The notes beneath the pieces were generated by a model that worked only from the letters and a program-made list of their open reading frames with translations, searched no databases and was not told where the DNA came from. A DNA stretch of 19,902 nucleotides, taken from positions 378,987-398,888 of the forward strand of contig CP070655.1 in assembly GCA_020354945.1 (NCBI GenBank), given 5' to 3'. This DNA is from Candidatus Omnitrophota bacterium (GTDB lineage Bacteria > Omnitrophota > Gorgyraeia > JABMRG01 > JAFGKX01). Both the position numbers and the translations under genes were made by a program. Positions 1-9,565 of the stretch are shown in pieces (the stretch's first letter is position 1; each line of letters begins with the position of its first letter).

Positions 1-1248
1 GAAATAGGTGGACTTATGCGGCATTCTGTTGTTAGATTTTGCTATTGATTCTACCTGTTCTATTTTGGTGGGATTTAAGAATATCGCCATTTCAAACTCT
101 CCGGATTTTACCATTCTTACGGCAGAAGATGCGCCCCTATAATAATATATGTTGCGCTTTCGGTTTACCCTCTCTTTTATATTAAGCAATTTAGGGAAGA
201 TAAAATAATGCAAGATGCTCACATCCAATCTCTTCCAGCTTAAGCAATTATTCAAAGAACCGATATTACTAATAATCTTGTTATCTTCAAGCACCGCAAA
301 TATATAGGTATTATTGTAAAAAAAGCCAAAAGCATGTTTTTCCTGCTTACCAATCATTTGTAGCTTTTTAAGCAATTTCTTTTTGCTTTTCATTATGTCT
401 ATGGAAAAATATTTAGATAGTTCTTTTAGCATAAATCTTTTTGAAAAATTATCCGGTAAATATTTAACCGTTCTATGAATAGGAAGTATTGCAAGGCCTT
501 TATTTTGCATACTTAAAAAATAGGCCATGGTGTAATCATATGGCATATTGTGCCCTCTGTGGCGTTGTTTTTCTCTCAGATAATCTCTTAAGATTACGGA
601 TGCCTCAAAACGATGATGTCCATCAGCTATAAATATTATTTTCTTGCTCATAAGCCGGCGTAAACCGGATATAAAATTACTATTTTGAATCCTCCAGAGT
701 TTTTCTTTTACGCCTTCCGTGTTGATGTCTATCAATGGTTTTCTGTTTCTTACGGCTAAGGAAAGCAGCCCCTCAACTTTTCTTGCTTTATCATTAAATA
801 GAAAAAAAATAGGGCTCAGGTGGGCCTGAGTAGTTTTCATAAGGTCGAATCTTTCAAACTTAAATTTATCAAATATTTTCTCATGAGGTAGGACTTTTTT
901 CTTTCTAATATCCTCCAGCTCTAAAAGAGAAATAAAACCCAATCTGGATTTGGTAGCTCCGTCGATTTTGTATCTCTGAAGATAAACATATAAGGAAGGT
1001 TGTTTATCACGGATTAATATCCCTTTTTCTAACCATGCACCAAGCGCCTTTTTAGAATTCCGATGCCCTGCGAGTTTATTCTTACCTTTAGGCAACACTA
1101 AAGATACGGCGTTATATTTCGATTTTTTTATATATCCTTGCCGTTGCTGTTTATTTATGACATCGTAGGGGGGGCATACAACTTTAGAGAGACGCCCTAC
1201 CCCCTTAGCATTAAATCTTACGCCACAAAAAGGTTTTATCTTCGCCAT
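1..1248 (-). CDS. DUF1015 family protein (3' end runs off the window)
   Basis: Not in the ORF track. Manual translation from ATG 1248 gives MAKIKPFCGVRF...VVCPPYDVI, internal HEKIF and FIADGHHR, and MPHKSTYF at the window edge. These are DUF1015 motifs. Confidence 0.88.
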   Translation of the reverse strand, partial: MAKIKPFCGVRFNAKGVGRLSKVVCPPYDVINKQQRQGYIKKSKYNAVSLVLPKGKNKLAGHRNSKKALGAWLEKGILIRDKQPSLYVYLQRYKIDGATKSRLGFISLLELEDIRKKKVLPHEKIFDKFKFERFDLMKTTQAHLSPIFFLFNDKARKVEGLLSLAVRNRKPLIDINTEGVKEKLWRIQNSNFISGLRRLMSKKIIFIADGHHRFEASVILRDYLREKQRHRGHNMPYDYTMAYFLSMQNKGLAILPIHRTVKYLPDNFSKRFMLKELSKYFSIDIMKSKKKLLKKLQMIGKQEKHAFGFFYNNTYIFAVLEDNKIISNIGSLNNCLSWKRLDVSILHYFIFPKLLNIKERVNRKRNIYYYRGASSAVRMVKSGEFEMAIFLNPTKIEQVESIAKSNNRMPHKSTYF

Positions 1249-1266
1249 GGTCAGCTATAAGCTGTT

Positions 1267-1554
1267 TTATTTCTCGTCTTTCACTTTACAGGCAGAGCAA
1301 TCTTTCTTTTCGCCTGTTTTAGGACAAGCAGAATTGCTTTCCTGCTCTTTCTTCTGTTTCTCTTTATAGCCTTTGCTGCGATAGTCTGTCGCATAGAAAC
1401 CTGTGCCTTTAAACAAAAATCCGCCGCCTGTGCCGATGCGCCTTCTAACAGGAGATGAGCATTCAGGGCATTTCTTTATAGGCTCTGCAGTGATACTCTG
1501 AAAAACCTCAAATGTTTTATTACATTCTTTGCATTCGTATTCGTATGTCGGCAT
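1267..1554 (-). CDS. FmdB family zinc ribbon protein
   Basis: MPTYEYECKEC...CPEC...FKGTGFYATDY matches the FmdB/CxxC_CXXC_SSSS pattern. Confidence 0.9.
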   Translation of the reverse strand: MPTYEYECKECNKTFEVFQSITAEPIKKCPECSSPVRRRIGTGGGFLFKGTGFYATDYRSKGYKEKQKKEQESNSACPKTGEKKDCSACKVKDEK

Positions 1555-1575
1555 TTGCGTTTTCCTCGAAGGGAT

Positions 1576-1622
1576 GGGGCCAGACCCTAGGAATGGCTAT
1601 CTCCTTCTAAGGGTCTGACCCC
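1576..1622. repeat. Intergenic REP-like inverted repeat (GGGGCCAGACCCT...AGGGTCTGACCCC)
   Basis: 13-bp arms with one mismatch between dnaJ and the FmdB gene. The right arm contains the self-palindrome GGGTC-T-GACCC. Confidence 0.7.
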
Positions 1623-1637
1623 TCACTCAACATTCCA

Positions 1638-2798
1638 TTACATAAACAGCTTTTTCACCTTCTCCATAAACGACTTTACACCGGGGGTCATTTCCCCGCC
1701 TGCCTCAGCGAATTCTTTAAGCAGGTGTTTTTGTTTAGTAGTGAGTTTTGCAGGAATCTCAACGATAATCCTGACAAGTTCATCGCCCCTGCCATAACCG
1801 TGCATATCAGCAATCCCTTTGCCCCGCAATCTAAATATTTTACCGCTTTGAGTACTGGACGGTATCTTCATCTTCACCTTGCCTTCAAGCGTGGGTACGG
1901 TTATCTCATCTCCTAACGCTGCCTGGACAAAGGTTATAGGGACATAGCAGATTATATCATTGCCTTCTCTTTGGAAAATTTCATGTTGTTTTACATAAAT
2001 GAGTATATAAAGGTCTCCTCTTATACCGCCTCTTGGAGGCATCTCGCCTTCACCGGAAATACGCAGTCTTGTGTTAGATTCTATGCCGGCCGGGATACTT
2101 ATTTCTATCTTTCTTTCTTTCTTTATTCTGCCTTCGCCTCTACAGTTTTTACACGGGGTTTTTATTATTTCGCCTTCACCCTGACACCGCGAACAGCTTC
2201 TTGATATGTTAAAAAAACCGGTACCTGTTACTACTTTACCGGTTCCGTCGCATTGAGGACATGTTACTTTAGAAGTGCCGGGTTTAGCTCCACTGCCATT
2301 GCAAACTTCGCATGTTTCGTATCTTAAAAGTTTAACTGTCCGCTTTATGCCAAAGGCAGCATCTTTAAAAGATATTTCCATGCTCAGTTCTAAATCACGG
2401 CCCCGGCGCTTGCCTCTGCGACTCCTGGTAGATGTGCCAAACATATCACCGAATCCAAAAAAATCTCCAAAAGGGCTTTCTCCTTCAAAGGCTTCTCTAA
2501 AAGCCCTTAATGCTTCTTCTAAGTCAATTCCGCCGAAGCCGAAGCCCCTTGCGCCTGCGCCTGCGCCTGCATATTTAAATGCTTCAGCTCCGAATTGATC
2601 ATACTGAGCCCGTTTTTGAGGGTCGCTTAATATTTCGTAAGCCTCGGTAACTTCCTTGAATTTTTCCTCGGCCTCTTTATCGTCCCGGTTTTTATCCGGG
2701 TGATATTTAAATGCCAGCGTCCGATAAGCCTTTTTTAGTTCCTCGGCGCCGGCATTTCTACTTACGCCAAGAATTTCATAATAGTCGCGTTGTGCCAA
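1638..2798 (-). CDS. dnaJ: Chaperone DnaJ
   Basis: J-domain with HPD, a G/F-rich region, four CxxCxGxG repeats and the C-terminal domain; lies downstream of dnaK. Confidence 0.98.
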   Translation of the reverse strand: MAQRDYYEILGVSRNAGAEELKKAYRTLAFKYHPDKNRDDKEAEEKFKEVTEAYEILSDPQKRAQYDQFGAEAFKYAGAGAGARGFGFGGIDLEEALRAFREAFEGESPFGDFFGFGDMFGTSTRSRRGKRRGRDLELSMEISFKDAAFGIKRTVKLLRYETCEVCNGSGAKPGTSKVTCPQCDGTGKVVTGTGFFNISRSCSRCQGEGEIIKTPCKNCRGEGRIKKERKIEISIPAGIESNTRLRISGEGEMPPRGGIRGDLYILIYVKQHEIFQREGNDIICYVPITFVQAALGDEITVPTLEGKVKMKIPSSTQSGKIFRLRGKGIADMHGYGRGDELVRIIVEIPAKLTTKQKHLLKEFAEAGGEMTPGVKSFMEKVKKLFM

Positions 2799-2800
2799 GG

Positions 2801-4765
2801 TTATTTCTTCTCCTCCTTGCCCTTATCTTCATCTTCGACCTTATAATCTGCATCGACAACGTCGTCCTTGTTTTTCTTTTCCTCCTTAGGAGGTTGCTGC
2901 TTTTGGCCTTGCTGCTGTTTAGCCTGCGCATCTCTATATACCTGCTCTGCAAGTTTATGCGATGCCTTGGCAAGTTCTTCCTGGGTTTTTTTAATCTGAT
3001 TTACATCTTCTGAAGTCAACGCCTTTTTAGCCTTCTCTAATGCCTCCTCTATCCTCTTTTTCTCATCGGTGCTTATTTTGCTGCCATAATCTTTAAGGGA
3101 TTTCTCAACGCTGTAAATCATTGTATCCAACTGATTCCTGGCCTCTACAAATTCTCTCTTTTTCTTATCTTCCGTAGCATGGGCTTCGGCTTCCTTTTTC
3201 ATCTTCTCTATTTCTTCTTTAGAAAGCCCGCTTGAAGACTCTATTCTTATTCTCTGTTCTTTGCCTGTTCCTAAATCCTTTGCTGAAACATGGACTATCC
3301 CATTCGCATCTATATCGAAGGTAACTTCAATCTGCGGAATTCCTCTTGGGGCCGGTGGTATTCCGACTAAGTCAAATCTACCAAGTGTTCTGTTATCAGC
3401 TGCCATATCTCGCTCGCCCTGTAAAACGTGGATTGAAACCGCCGGTTGGTTATCGGCGGCTGTCGAGAATATCTGGCTCTTTTTTGTAGGAATGGTTGAG
3501 TTTTTCTCAATCAACTTGGTCATAACCCCGCCTAATGTCTCTATGCCTAAAGAAAGGGGTGTAACATCTAAAAGTAGCACATCTTTTAAACCTTCTTCTC
3601 CGGTTAATACCCCGGCCTGAATTGCAGCCCCAACAGCTACTACCTCATCTGGATTTACGCCTTTATGGGGCTCTTTGCCAAATATTTCCTTCACCAATGC
3701 TTGCACTTTAGGCATTCTGGTCTGCCCGCCTACTAGTACCACCTGATCTATATCCGAAGCTTGAAAACCTGCGTCCTGTAGCGCCTGTCGGCATGGCCCG
3801 ACAGACCGCTGGATGAGGTCATCCACTAACTGTTCTAACTTAGAGCGGGTAAGAGCCATAGAAAGATGCTTTGGCCCGCTCTGGTCAGCGGTAATAAACG
3901 GTAAGTTTATCTCTGTCTGTAGATTGGAGGAAAGTTCGCATTTTGCCTTCTCGGCAGCCTCTTTGAGCCGCTGAAGGGCCATCTTATCCTGACGCAAATC
4001 AACACCGTTTTCCTTCTTAAATTCATCGGCTATCCAATTCATTACTCTCTGGTCGAAATTATCTCCTCCTAAGTGGGTATCTCCGTTGGTTGCCTTTACC
4101 TCAACTGCCCATTGCCCTTTTGATGCTTCACCCACATCGAGTATGGATATATCGAAAGTGCCGCCGCCTAAATCATAGACCGCTATCTTTTCATTTTTCT
4201 TTTTTTCTAAACCATAAGCCAGGCTTGCTGCAGTAGGCTCGTTTATTATGCGCAGGACATTCAATCCGGCAATTACGCCGGCGTCTTTTGTCGCCTGCCT
4301 CTGGGAATCGTTAAAATAGGCAGGGATAGTAATAACCGCATTTTCTATTTTTTCTCCTAAGTAATCTTCGGCGGTCTGTTTCATCTTTTGTAAAATCATA
4401 GCGCTTATCTCAGGCGGGGTATAATCTTTACCGCCGGCCTTCACTATGACATTACCTTTTGCGTCCTCTCCCACATGAAATGGCACAATTTTTTCCTCAA
4501 CCTCTACTTCCGAATGGCGCCTTCCCATAAAGCGTTTTATGGAAAATATAGTATTTTCTGAATTGGTAACTGCCTGGCGTTTCGCAGGCTGGCCGGTCAA
4601 TCTCTCTCCGCTTTTGGTAAATGCCACTACGCTCGGCGTTATTCGGGAACCTTCGGCATTTGCTATGACTTTCGGCTCGCCGGCTTCCATAACCGCTACG
4701 CAGGAATTTGTAGTTCCGAGGTCTATCCCTATCACTTTTCCTTTTACATTCTCATTTTTAGCCAT
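2801..4765 (-). CDS. dnaK: Chaperone DnaK (Hsp70)
   Basis: [32 protein letters not shown] and [15 protein letters not shown] motifs; GGAGAGG RBS upstream. Confidence 0.99.
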   Translation of the reverse strand: MAKNENVKGKVIGIDLGTTNSCVAVMEAGEPKVIANAEGSRITPSVVAFTKSGERLTGQPAKRQAVTNSENTIFSIKRFMGRRHSEVEVEEKIVPFHVGEDAKGNVIVKAGGKDYTPPEISAMILQKMKQTAEDYLGEKIENAVITIPAYFNDSQRQATKDAGVIAGLNVLRIINEPTAASLAYGLEKKKNEKIAVYDLGGGTFDISILDVGEASKGQWAVEVKATNGDTHLGGDNFDQRVMNWIADEFKKENGVDLRQDKMALQRLKEAAEKAKCELSSNLQTEINLPFITADQSGPKHLSMALTRSKLEQLVDDLIQRSVGPCRQALQDAGFQASDIDQVVLVGGQTRMPKVQALVKEIFGKEPHKGVNPDEVVAVGAAIQAGVLTGEEGLKDVLLLDVTPLSLGIETLGGVMTKLIEKNSTIPTKKSQIFSTAADNQPAVSIHVLQGERDMAADNRTLGRFDLVGIPPAPRGIPQIEVTFDIDANGIVHVSAKDLGTGKEQRIRIESSSGLSKEEIEKMKKEAEAHATEDKKKREFVEARNQLDTMIYSVEKSLKDYGSKISTDEKKRIEEALEKAKKALTSEDVNQIKKTQEELAKASHKLAEQVYRDAQAKQQQGQKQQPPKEEKKNKDDVVDADYKVEDEDKGKEEKK

Positions 4766-4804
4766 GTTTATCCTCTCCCTCTTTTTAGTTGTAAGGATTA
4801 AGTT

Positions 4805-5419
4805 TTATTGCTTAATCCTACCCTCATTTTTCCTCTGAGCAATTCTCACCTTTGCCGCCCTTAATAACCTTCCGTTTAGCATATAACCGGGGGAGACTTC
4901 TTCACAAACTGTATCCTCCGGAAATTCCTCCGTCTGGACCGTTGCGATTGCTTCATGCAGATGCGGGTTGAATTTCTCCCCGGCTGTCCTAATCTTCTCT
5001 ACGCCATTATCTTTTAAGAGCTTGTGGAGTTGATTTAATATCATCTCCACCCCTTTTGAAAATACTTCGCCATGTTTATGTTCCCTGGCAGCTTGATGGG
5101 CCCTATCAAAATCGTCTATTATAGGCAAAAGTCGTAACAAGATCTGTTCGTTAGAAAACTGCAAGAACTGCTCTTGTTCTTTATACATCCTCTTTTTAAA
5201 ATTTTCAAACTCAGCCATCAACCGCAGATATTTATCCTGAAGCTTTTCTTTTTCCTCAAAGGCTGCTTTTAGTTTATTAAATTCTTCGATAGCGATATTT
5301 ATTTTTTTAACCTTTTTTTCTTTTTTCTCCTGAGCCTTCTGTTGCTTTTGTTGCAGGGTTTCCTGCTGAGTTACTTCCTCTTGCTTTTTCTGCTCTTTCT
5401 TCTTTTCCTGCTCCATCAT
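4805..5419 (-). CDS. grpE: Nucleotide exchange factor GrpE
   Basis: RLMAEFENFKKR, LLPIIDDF, FNPHLHEA and GYMLNGRLLRAAKV motifs. Start moved to ATG 5419, just after the hrcA stop. Confidence 0.95.
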   Translation of the reverse strand: MMEQEKKKEQKKQEEVTQQETLQQKQQKAQEKKEKKVKKINIAIEEFNKLKAAFEEKEKLQDKYLRLMAEFENFKKRMYKEQEQFLQFSNEQILLRLLPIIDDFDRAHQAAREHKHGEVFSKGVEMILNQLHKLLKDNGVEKIRTAGEKFNPHLHEAIATVQTEEFPEDTVCEEVSPGYMLNGRLLRAAKVRIAQRKNEGRIKQ

Positions 5420-5424
5420 CGTCT

Positions 5425-6456
5425 CTATCCTAATATTTCGCTTAGAGTCTTTGATACATAATCGACTAAAGACACTATTCTGGCATATGGCATTCTCTTT
5501 GGGCCTATTATCCCTAATACACCCAAGTGATCTTTTTCTATTGTATAGTCGCAGACTACCAGACTGCAATCGCGAAGTTGATCTACCTCGATCTCTTTAC
5601 CAATATATATTCCTACCCCTTCACTATCTAAGCTTTTCTTTACAATGCTACTCAAGACCTGAGGATTTTCTAATGCCCTAAGTAGTACCTCAATCTTATC
5701 TAAATTCCTGAACTCAGGCTGCATAATTATCTTAGATGCACCCTCTAAATAGACTCTCTCGCCTTTTATAGCAGCCAAGATTAAATCTATCATTCCTTTT
5801 GTCTCGTCTAATATGTAAAAAAAGGCATCCCTTTCAATCAAAAGCTGCTGGGTTATAGCTTTCTTGGCATTACGCAATGATATACCGTGAAATCTGGTGT
5901 TTAAGAAATTCGTTATTTTATTCAGGTCGCCTTTTTTAAGCGGCTTTTCAAATTCTATGATAATATTTTTTACAAGTCCGCTTTTGGTCATTAGCACAGC
6001 CAGAATCTTGTCTTTATCAACTTCAACTAATTCAATATGCCTAAAAGCGCCTTTTTCCAGGGTTGGGAATGTAACCAACCCTGCCTCTTCTGCAATAGAG
6101 GAAAGCAGCCGTGAGGTATTAATTATAACATCGTCAATTTCTTCAAATTTTCCCTTAAATGACTCATCTATTCGCTTCTTCTCCACTTCAGTTAATAACT
6201 TTGCCTGCATAAGTACATTCACATAACGCCTGTAACCTTTGTCGGTAGGGACTCTCCCTGCAGAAGTATGAGGATGGGTAATAAAACCGGCATCTTCTAA
6301 ATCTGCCATAACATTCCTTATGGTCGCGGGGCTTAAGGCCCTACGAAGTCTTCGGCTTATTGCCCGCGAGCTTATTGGCAAAGCGTCATTGATATAATTC
6401 TCAATTATAAGCTCTAAAATTTTTTCTTTCCTTGATTCAAAATCATTTTTCGGCAT
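5425..6456 (-). CDS. hrcA: Heat-inducible transcription repressor HrcA
   Basis: SPATIRNVMADLE, PHTSAGRVPTDKGYR and GIIGPKRMPY motifs. Start placed at ATG 6456, downstream of CIRCE. Confidence 0.97.
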   Translation of the reverse strand: MPKNDFESRKEKILELIIENYINDALPISSRAISRRLRRALSPATIRNVMADLEDAGFITHPHTSAGRVPTDKGYRRYVNVLMQAKLLTEVEKKRIDESFKGKFEEIDDVIINTSRLLSSIAEEAGLVTFPTLEKGAFRHIELVEVDKDKILAVLMTKSGLVKNIIIEFEKPLKKGDLNKITNFLNTRFHGISLRNAKKAITQQLLIERDAFFYILDETKGMIDLILAAIKGERVYLEGASKIIMQPEFRNLDKIEVLLRALENPQVLSSIVKKSLDSEGVGIYIGKEIEVDQLRDCSLVVCDYTIEKDHLGVLGIIGPKRMPYARIVSLVDYVSKTLSEILG

Positions 6457-6476
6457 TTTTATTACCCTTGGATTAT

Positions 6477-6503
6477 TTAGCACTCTTAACCTTAGAGTGC
6501 TAA
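6477..6503. promoter_or_regulatory. CIRCE operator (HrcA site)
   Basis: Exact TTAGCACTC-N9-GAGTGCTAA; the arms extend to 12 bp (6474-6506). Lies directly upstream of hrcA. Confidence 0.98.
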
Positions 6504-6513
6504 ATAGATTATG

Positions 6514-6541
6514 ATTTTACCATACAAACTTTCTTTGTCAA
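6514..6541 (-). promoter_or_regulatory. Sigma70-type promoter of the hrcA-grpE-dnaK-dnaJ operon
   Basis: Minus strand TTGACA-16 bp-TAAAAT with a TGn extension, immediately upstream of CIRCE. Confidence 0.8.
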
Positions 6542-6592
6542 GGAATTTCTTAGGGATTGTCTTTGAATATTCCTTTTTACACTAATTCGTGT

Positions 6593-7885
6593 TTAAAAGG
6601 TTCTTTCAAGGAGGAAGGACAGCTTCTCTTTTATCCTGGCAGGTACGCGCGCTTTTATATATATACCTTCCGGCGTATCTTGTCTATTTATAATATTACC
6701 TTCATTATATACTATATTCACTAAATTCATATTATGGTATGGTATCAAAGCATCTATATCTACCAAAAGGCCAGAGAACTTCGCCGTTACCATATTTATC
6801 AATTCATCAAAACCATTCCCTTTAAGAGCGGATATAGTGACGGAATCGTTGATTTTTCTGCGAAGCCTTATTATATCAAACTCATTATTTGCTATATCTA
6901 TCTTATTTAAAGCTACAATGGTAGGTTTATTTTCTGCTCCTAATTCTTTAAGTATCCTGTAAACTGAATCCATAAGTTCATTGACCTTAGGATTGCTCAC
7001 ATCAACTACATGCAGCAGTAAATCTGCCCGCATTACTTCTTCTAAAGTCGCCTTAAAGGACTCTATTAAATTGAGTGGCAAATTATGTAGAAAACCTACT
7101 GTGTCTATAAACAACACTTTCTGATGATTGGGTAAAATAAATCTGCGTGATATGGTATCCAGAGTGCTAAAAAGTTTATCATCTACAAAGGCGCCCGCCT
7201 TGGTAAAAGCATTGAGTAATGTGGACTTACCTGCATTTGTATAACCTACTATGGCTACCGTAGATATTAAATGCTCTTTTCTGATCCGGCGTCTCTGGTT
7301 TCTCCTGTGTCTTAAAATTTTTAGTTCATTTTTTATTTTAAAAATTTTTTTACTTATCCGGCGCCTGTCTACTTCCAGCTTTTTCTCGCCTGGGCCACGC
7401 GTTCCTAATCCTCCGCCTAATCTAGAAAGTATAATACCTTTCCCGGTAAGGCGGGGTTTTAGATATTCCAGCTGGGCCAATTCAACCTGCAGTTTGCCGT
7501 CTATGGAATGGGCCCTCTGTGCAAATATATCTAAAATAAGCTGGGTTCGGTCTATTACCTTAACCCCTATAGCCTCTTCCAGATTCCTCTGCTGTGTAGA
7601 TGAAAGGTTTTCATTAAAAATTATCACATTGATCTCCTCGTTATAACTATGGACAAGTTGGTGTATCTGTTCTACCTTTCCTTTCCCGATAAAAAAATTC
7701 GAGGTTGGTTTCTCAATTCTTGCTGTAACTTTATCTACTACCTCTGCTCTTCCTGAAGAATCTGTTAGTTCTTTTAATTCAACGGTTGCATCTTCCTGGC
7801 TCCAACCCCTGCGTTCCTCGGAATGAAATGAGACAGCAACCAATACGGCCTTTTCTTTCTCGGGTTGGGTTTTGTATAATTTCAT
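6593..7885 (-). CDS. hflX: Ribosome-splitting GTPase HflX
   Basis: QQRNLE, DRTQLILDIFAQRA, RGPGE, GYTNAGKST, DTVGF and NKID motifs; follows miaA. Confidence 0.97.
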   Translation of the reverse strand: MKLYKTQPEKEKAVLVAVSFHSEERRGWSQEDATVELKELTDSSGRAEVVDKVTARIEKPTSNFFIGKGKVEQIHQLVHSYNEEINVIIFNENLSSTQQRNLEEAIGVKVIDRTQLILDIFAQRAHSIDGKLQVELAQLEYLKPRLTGKGIILSRLGGGLGTRGPGEKKLEVDRRRISKKIFKIKNELKILRHRRNQRRRIRKEHLISTVAIVGYTNAGKSTLLNAFTKAGAFVDDKLFSTLDTISRRFILPNHQKVLFIDTVGFLHNLPLNLIESFKATLEEVMRADLLLHVVDVSNPKVNELMDSVYRILKELGAENKPTIVALNKIDIANNEFDIIRLRRKINDSVTISALKGNGFDELINMVTAKFSGLLVDIDALIPYHNMNLVNIVYNEGNIINRQDTPEGIYIKARVPARIKEKLSFLLERTF

Positions 7886-8832
7886 TAGATATCGATTTTT
7901 TCCTTTATCCTTTCGGCTATTTCCTTTGAACCTTCATTATTATTTATATCGATCCAGCTTATGCCGGGTTCATTCCTAAACCAGGAAAGCTGCCTTTTTG
8001 CAAAACGCCGTGTGTTACGCTTTAGAATCTGTTTAGCTTCTTGTTTTGTGCATTTTTTATCAAGATATGCAAAAATTTCTTTGCACCCTAAAATCTGGGA
8101 AGCGCTTTTGGAAAGCCTTTTATTTTTAAGGCGTTTGCATTCTCCTATTATGCCCTGTTTAAACATCCTATCAATTCTTTTGTTTATTCTATAATAAAGT
8201 TGCTCTCTCGGCCTGTTAAGGCAAAATATTTTAATATTGTAATCCTTTTTTAAGCCCTTAGTCTTTTTTTTCAACTCAGACATCGGAATACCGGTCTTAA
8301 AATATACTTCAAGGGCCCTTATTATTCTCCTTGTATCATTTGGATGAAGCATCCCGGCAGTTTCAGGGTCTATTCTTTCAAGTCTTTTATATAAATACTC
8401 TTTTTTCTTAAACTCCGCCTCTTTCTTCAATCTTTTCCTTAATCTCAAATCGGGCTTGGGCGAAGGAAAAAGTCCGTCTATCAGAACCTTCATATAAAGG
8501 GCTGACCCTCCTACCAAAAGAGGGGTCTCATCTTTCTTGTGTATATTCTTTATTATCTTTAAGGCCATTTTTCTATAATCAGCTACGTTGAAATTTTGGC
8601 TGGGGGATATTATATCTATCATATGGTGTGGGACCTGCTTTTGTTTTAAACTAGTTGGCTTCTGCGAGATTATATCCATACCTTTATATACCTGCATCGA
8701 ATCGCAAGATATAATCTCAGCGCATATCTCTTTGGCCAATTTTATCGAAACTGCTGTTTTGCCGACTGCGGTAGGCCCGACCAGAAAGATTATCTGTTTA
8801 TTCTTATGGGTATATTCTCCCTGAGTAGCCAT
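7885..8832 (-). CDS. miaA: tRNA dimethylallyltransferase MiaA
   Basis: GPTAVGKT, DSMQVYKGMDI, VPHHMID, RRIIRALEV and TRRFAKRQ motifs. Exact start uncertain (29-bp overlap with the upstream gene). Confidence 0.95.
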   Translation of the reverse strand: MATQGEYTHKNKQIIFLVGPTAVGKTAVSIKLAKEICAEIISCDSMQVYKGMDIISQKPTSLKQKQVPHHMIDIISPSQNFNVADYRKMALKIIKNIHKKDETPLLVGGSALYMKVLIDGLFPSPKPDLRLRKRLKKEAEFKKKEYLYKRLERIDPETAGMLHPNDTRRIIRALEVYFKTGIPMSELKKKTKGLKKDYNIKIFCLNRPREQLYYRINKRIDRMFKQGIIGECKRLKNKRLSKSASQILGCKEIFAYLDKKCTKQEAKQILKRNTRRFAKRQLSWFRNEPGISWIDINNNEGSKEIAERIKEKIDI

Positions 8833-9565
8833 TTGCTTTTAATTCCCTCAATATATAAGTAGCATCTTCTCTATTCTCGAATTTCCCGGTACAAACTCTA
8901 TAAAATGTTCTATTATCTTTTACTGTTCTGTTTATATAAGAGTCAAAACCTTTCTTTACAAGCGTCTTTTGTAGTTTAGCCGCATTTGTCTTTCTGCTAA
9001 AAGAACCGGCTTGAACATAATAATAAAATTCCTTCAGGAGTTCTTTTTGTGCCTCTTTTCTTTCAAAACTATAGGGAAAATCCTCCACTACCTTCGAAAG
9101 TGACACTTTTGCTGCTGACCAATGCCCTAATCTTCTCTGCGACTGCCCTAATCTTAAGTAAGCCAAACTTCTCAGGCCTGAAGATTGAAAATTCTTTAAA
9201 AAATTAGTATATTCTGTCGCTGCTTTTTGAAAATCGCCTTCTAAAAAATACGAATCTGCTATACTTAAAATAATTTCCTCTTTTACATCTATCAGCGGAT
9301 ACATATCCAGAATAAAACGGAAATGTTCTCTTGCATGTGAAGGTTTGCCTAATTTAATGTAGGAAAGCCCCATGATATAATGGGCTCGGGCTTCTTCTGC
9401 CTTGTTAGCTTCAGAGATGGCTTTTTTATAATCGCATTTTAGAAAATAGCTCCACACACTATCTGTAGTTTCTGATGCATGGACATCTAAAGTAACGAGT
9501 AGCAGGCAGCAAATAGCGAGTAGCAAAATTTGTAATTTGTAATTTGTAATTTGTAATTTCCTCAT
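8804..9565 (-). CDS. Exported TPR + SPOR domain protein
   Basis: Signal-peptide-like N-terminus, TPR-like helices (AHYIMGLSY, AYLRLGQSQ) and a C-terminal SPOR motif YYVQAGSFS...NA...FYRV. Confidence 0.8.
   Translation of the reverse strand: MRKLQITNYKLQILLLAICCLLLVTLDVHASETTDSVWSYFLKCDYKKAISEANKAEEARAHYIMGLSYIKLGKPSHAREHFRFILDMYPLIDVKEEIILSIADSYFLEGDFQKAATEYTNFLKNFQSSGLRSLAYLRLGQSQRRLGHWSAAKVSLSKVVEDFPYSFERKEAQKELLKEFYYYVQAGSFSRKTNAAKLQKTLVKKGFDSYINRTVKDNRTFYRVCTGKFENREDATYILRELKANGYSGRIYP
9490..9559. repeat. Two adjacent heptamer tandem arrays in the signal-peptide coding region
   Basis: AAGTAAC GAGTAGC AGGCAGC AAATAGC GAGTAGC (9490-9524), then AATTTGT x4 plus AATTT (9527-9559). Confidence 0.85.

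Noticed and set aside
2551-2570. GCGCCT x3 repeat in dnaJ
   Set aside because: In-frame Ala-Gly repeat in the low-complexity G/F region; ordinary.
5420-5569. 50-aa N-terminal extension of GrpE in the track
   Set aside because: It overlaps hrcA; ATG 5419 just after the hrcA stop is more plausible.
6457-6483. Longer hrcA start
   Set aside because: That start codon falls inside CIRCE; ATG 6456 fits better.
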